A stretch of 64,000 bases of DNA, taken from the NCBI RefSeq assembly GCF_011386835.1, contig NC_088794.1:1798001-1862000 (forward strand), read 5' to 3'. This DNA is from Chrysemys picta bellii (lineage: Eukaryota). Positions within the stretch are counted from its first letter, which is position 1. Each line of letters starts with the position of its first letter. Made by a program: the position numbers and the translations under genes. The notes under the pieces are model-generated. The model saw only the letters and a list, made by a program, of their open reading frames with translations, had not been told where the DNA came from and ran no database searches. Positions 61,370 through 64,000 of the stretch are shown here, one piece after another.

Positions 61370-63110
61370 GGCTGTTCTCCAGGGGGCGCCAGCTCCCATC
61401 AGCCCCTGGGGGGACTGGCTGGCTCGGGGCTGGGACACGGGGCCGTTCCCCTCCAGGGGGCGCCAGCTCCCATCAGCCCCTGGGGGGACTGGCTGGCTCG
61501 GGGCTGGGACACGGGGCCGTTCCCCTCCAGGGGGCGCCAGCTCCCATCGGCCCCTGGGGGGACTGGCTGGCTCGGGGCTGGGACACGGGGCCGTTCCCCT
61601 CCAGGGGGCGCCAGCTCCCATCGGCCCCGGGGCGGGGGGGGGACTGGCTGGCTCGGGGCTGGGACACGGGGCCGTTCCCCTCCAGGGGACGCCAGCTCCC
61701 ATCAGCCCCTGGGCGGCGGGGGGGACTGGCTGGCTCGGGGCCAGGACACGGGGCCGTTCCCCTCCAGGGGACGCCAGCTCCCATCGGCCCCGGGGCGGGG
61801 GGGGACTGGCTGGCTCGGGGCCGGGACACGGGGCCGTTCCCCTCCAGGGGACGCCAGCTCCCATCGGCCCCGGGGCGGGGGGGGACTGGCTGGCTCGGGG
61901 CTGGGACACGGGGCCGTTCCCCTCCAGGGGACGCCAGCTCCCATCGGCCCCGGGGCGGGGGGGGACTGGCTGGCTTGGGGCCGGGACACGGGGCCGTTCC
62001 CCTCCAGGGGACGCCAGCTCCCATCGGCCCCTGGGCGGCGGGGGGGACTGGCTGGCTCGGGGCCAGGACACGGGGCCGTTCCCCTCCAGGGGACGCCGGC
62101 TCCCATCGGCCCCGGGGCGGGGGGGGACTGGCTGGCTCGGGGCCGGGACACGGGGCCGTTCCCCTCCAGGGGACGCCAGCTCCCATCGGCCCCGGGGCGG
62201 GGGGGGGGACTGGCTGGCTCGGGGCCGGGACACGGGGCCGTTCCCCTCCAGGGGACGCCAGCTCCCATCGGCCCCGGGGCGGGGGGGGGACTGGCTGGCT
62301 CGGGGCCGGGACACGGGGCCGTTCCCCTCCAGGGGACGCCAGCTCCCATCGGCCCCGGGGCGGGGGGGGGGGGCTGGCTGGCTCGGGGCTGGGACACGGG
62401 GCCGTTCCCCTCCAGGGGACGCCAGCTCCCATCGGCCCCGGGGCGGGGGGGGGGACTGGCTGGCTCGGGGCTGGGACACGGGGCCGTTCCCCTCCAGGGG
62501 ACGCCAGCTCCCATCGGCCCCGGGGCGGGGGGGGGACTGGCTGGCTCGGGGCTGGGACACGGGGCCGTTCCCCTCCAGGGGACGCCAGCTCCCATCGGCC
62601 CCGGGGCGGGGGGGGGGGGGACTGGCTGGCTCGGGGCCAGGACACGGGGCCGTTCCCCTCCAGGGGGCGCCAGCTCCCATCAGCCCCTGGGGGGACTGGC
62701 TGGCTCGGGGCTGGGACACGGGGCCGTTCCCCTCCAGGGGACGCCAGCTCCCATCGGCCCCGGGGCGGCGGGGGGGACTGGCTGGCTCGGGGCCAGGACA
62801 CGGGGCCGTTCCCCTCCAGGGGGCGCCAGCTCCCATCGGGGCGGGGGGGGAGGGACTGGCTGGCTCGGGGCTGGGACACGGGGCCGTTCCCCTCCAGGGG
62901 GCGCCAGCTCCCATCGGCCCCGGGGCGGGGGGGGGACTGGCTGGCTCGGGGCTGGGACACGGGGCCGTTCCCCTCCAGGGGACGCCAGCTCCCATCGGCC
63001 CCGGGGCGGGGGGGGGGGCTGGCTGGCTCGGGGCTGGGACACGGGGCCGTTCCCCTCCAGGGGACGCCAGCTCCCATCGGCCCCGCGGGGGCTGGCTGGC
63101 TCGGGGGGTC
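61370..63110. repeat. About 65-70 bp minisatellite filling the MAPK3 3'-UTR intron (61332-63138)
   Basis: About 25 copies of gggactggctggctcggggctgggacacggggccgttcccctccaggggacgccagctcccatcggcccc. Confidence 0.92.
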
Positions 63111-64000
63111 TCACTGCCTCTCTCTTACCCCCCCCCAGGTCCGTCACGCTCCAGCCTAGACCTGCCTCCCTCTGAGAAGGTTTTGACCTGGTCCCTGCGC
63201 CCGGAGCGCCCCTCGGACTCTGATTTGGGGGGCTGGGGGGCCCCGCCCGAGGGGGCCAGCCCTGCCATCGTGCTGTATAACTGCTTCGCAATGTGGCTGT
63301 GACTCCTAAACCCCCCAGGCTGTGCCTCTGGGGGGGCCGGCGGGGGGGGCCCAGTGGGGGAATCTCTCCTGCTTCGTATCTAATGAGTTAACAATTGTAA
63401 TTAGCCCCTGCCGTGCTGCTGGGAATGTGGGGGGCGTGGGGGGGCCGGGGTACTCCCTTAGGAGTTCCTATTGCCTCCCAGTTCCTGTCTGTCTCATGGG
63501 GGGGGTTAGTGCCTGCCCTGCTAACATGTGAGGGGTCCAGCCCCCTCCCCTGCCTGCCCTGCCTGCTCTAGTCTGGCAGGGAGGGGGGAGGATTTCTACT
63601 GCCCCCCCTGGGGGGGGGCCTGGGTGTGAATTGATGAGCCAGGGTTGGCGGCTCCCCCCGGGGTGAAAGAACCCTAGAGTTGGGGGGGGGGGGGAGGGGC
63701 AGATATTTGTATTTTCATCCCTCCCCCCACCTGGGGGCGCCACCCTCTGTTCAAAGGGCTACAGCAGCACCTGCTGCCTCCTCCTGGAGCCCCCCCCCAA
63801 CTGACCTGCACATGAACCCCGGAGTCTGGGCTCCCTGTCCCCCCCCCCAACCCACTGGCAACACCCCCTCCCAGAGCTGGGAGAGAACCCCGCAGTCCTG
63901 GCTCCCCGCTCCCCCCCCCCCCCACTGGCAACACCCTCCTCCCAGAGCTGGGAGAGAACCCCAGAGTCCGGGCTCCCCGCTCCCCCCGCCCCCCCACTGG

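Overview
This is a vertebrate, very likely turtle, GC-rich region with three N gaps. The turtle call is an inference from the tortoise-type tRNA SINE, CR1 LINEs and repeat style. The window carries the single-copy, ancestral-type version of the human 16p11.2 gene block: NUPR1(-), SGF29/CCDC101(+), SULT1A-like(-), SLX1(-), BOLA2(+), CORO1A(-), MAPK3/ERK1(+). Exon structures were reconstructed by hand from splice signals and protein recognition; MAPK3 exon 1 is not visible and probably lies in a gap. The 20-kb SGF29 intron is one nested stack of transposons: an older Gmr1-type Gypsy element holding a younger one (two LTRs, tRNA-Ser PBS, 5-bp TSD, integrase upstream of RT), plus CR1, RTE, SINE and hAT MITE insertions and two inverted-repeat-bounded micro-inversions. 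Most other introns are filled with GC-rich minisatellites. Some of these copy the neighbouring splice donor, and one is a 12x ETS-motif array in the SLX1/BOLA2 bidirectional promoter. NUPR1 and the CORO1A C-terminus contain small frameshifts as assembled, possibly consensus errors. Most long six-frame ORFs are artefacts of the repeats.
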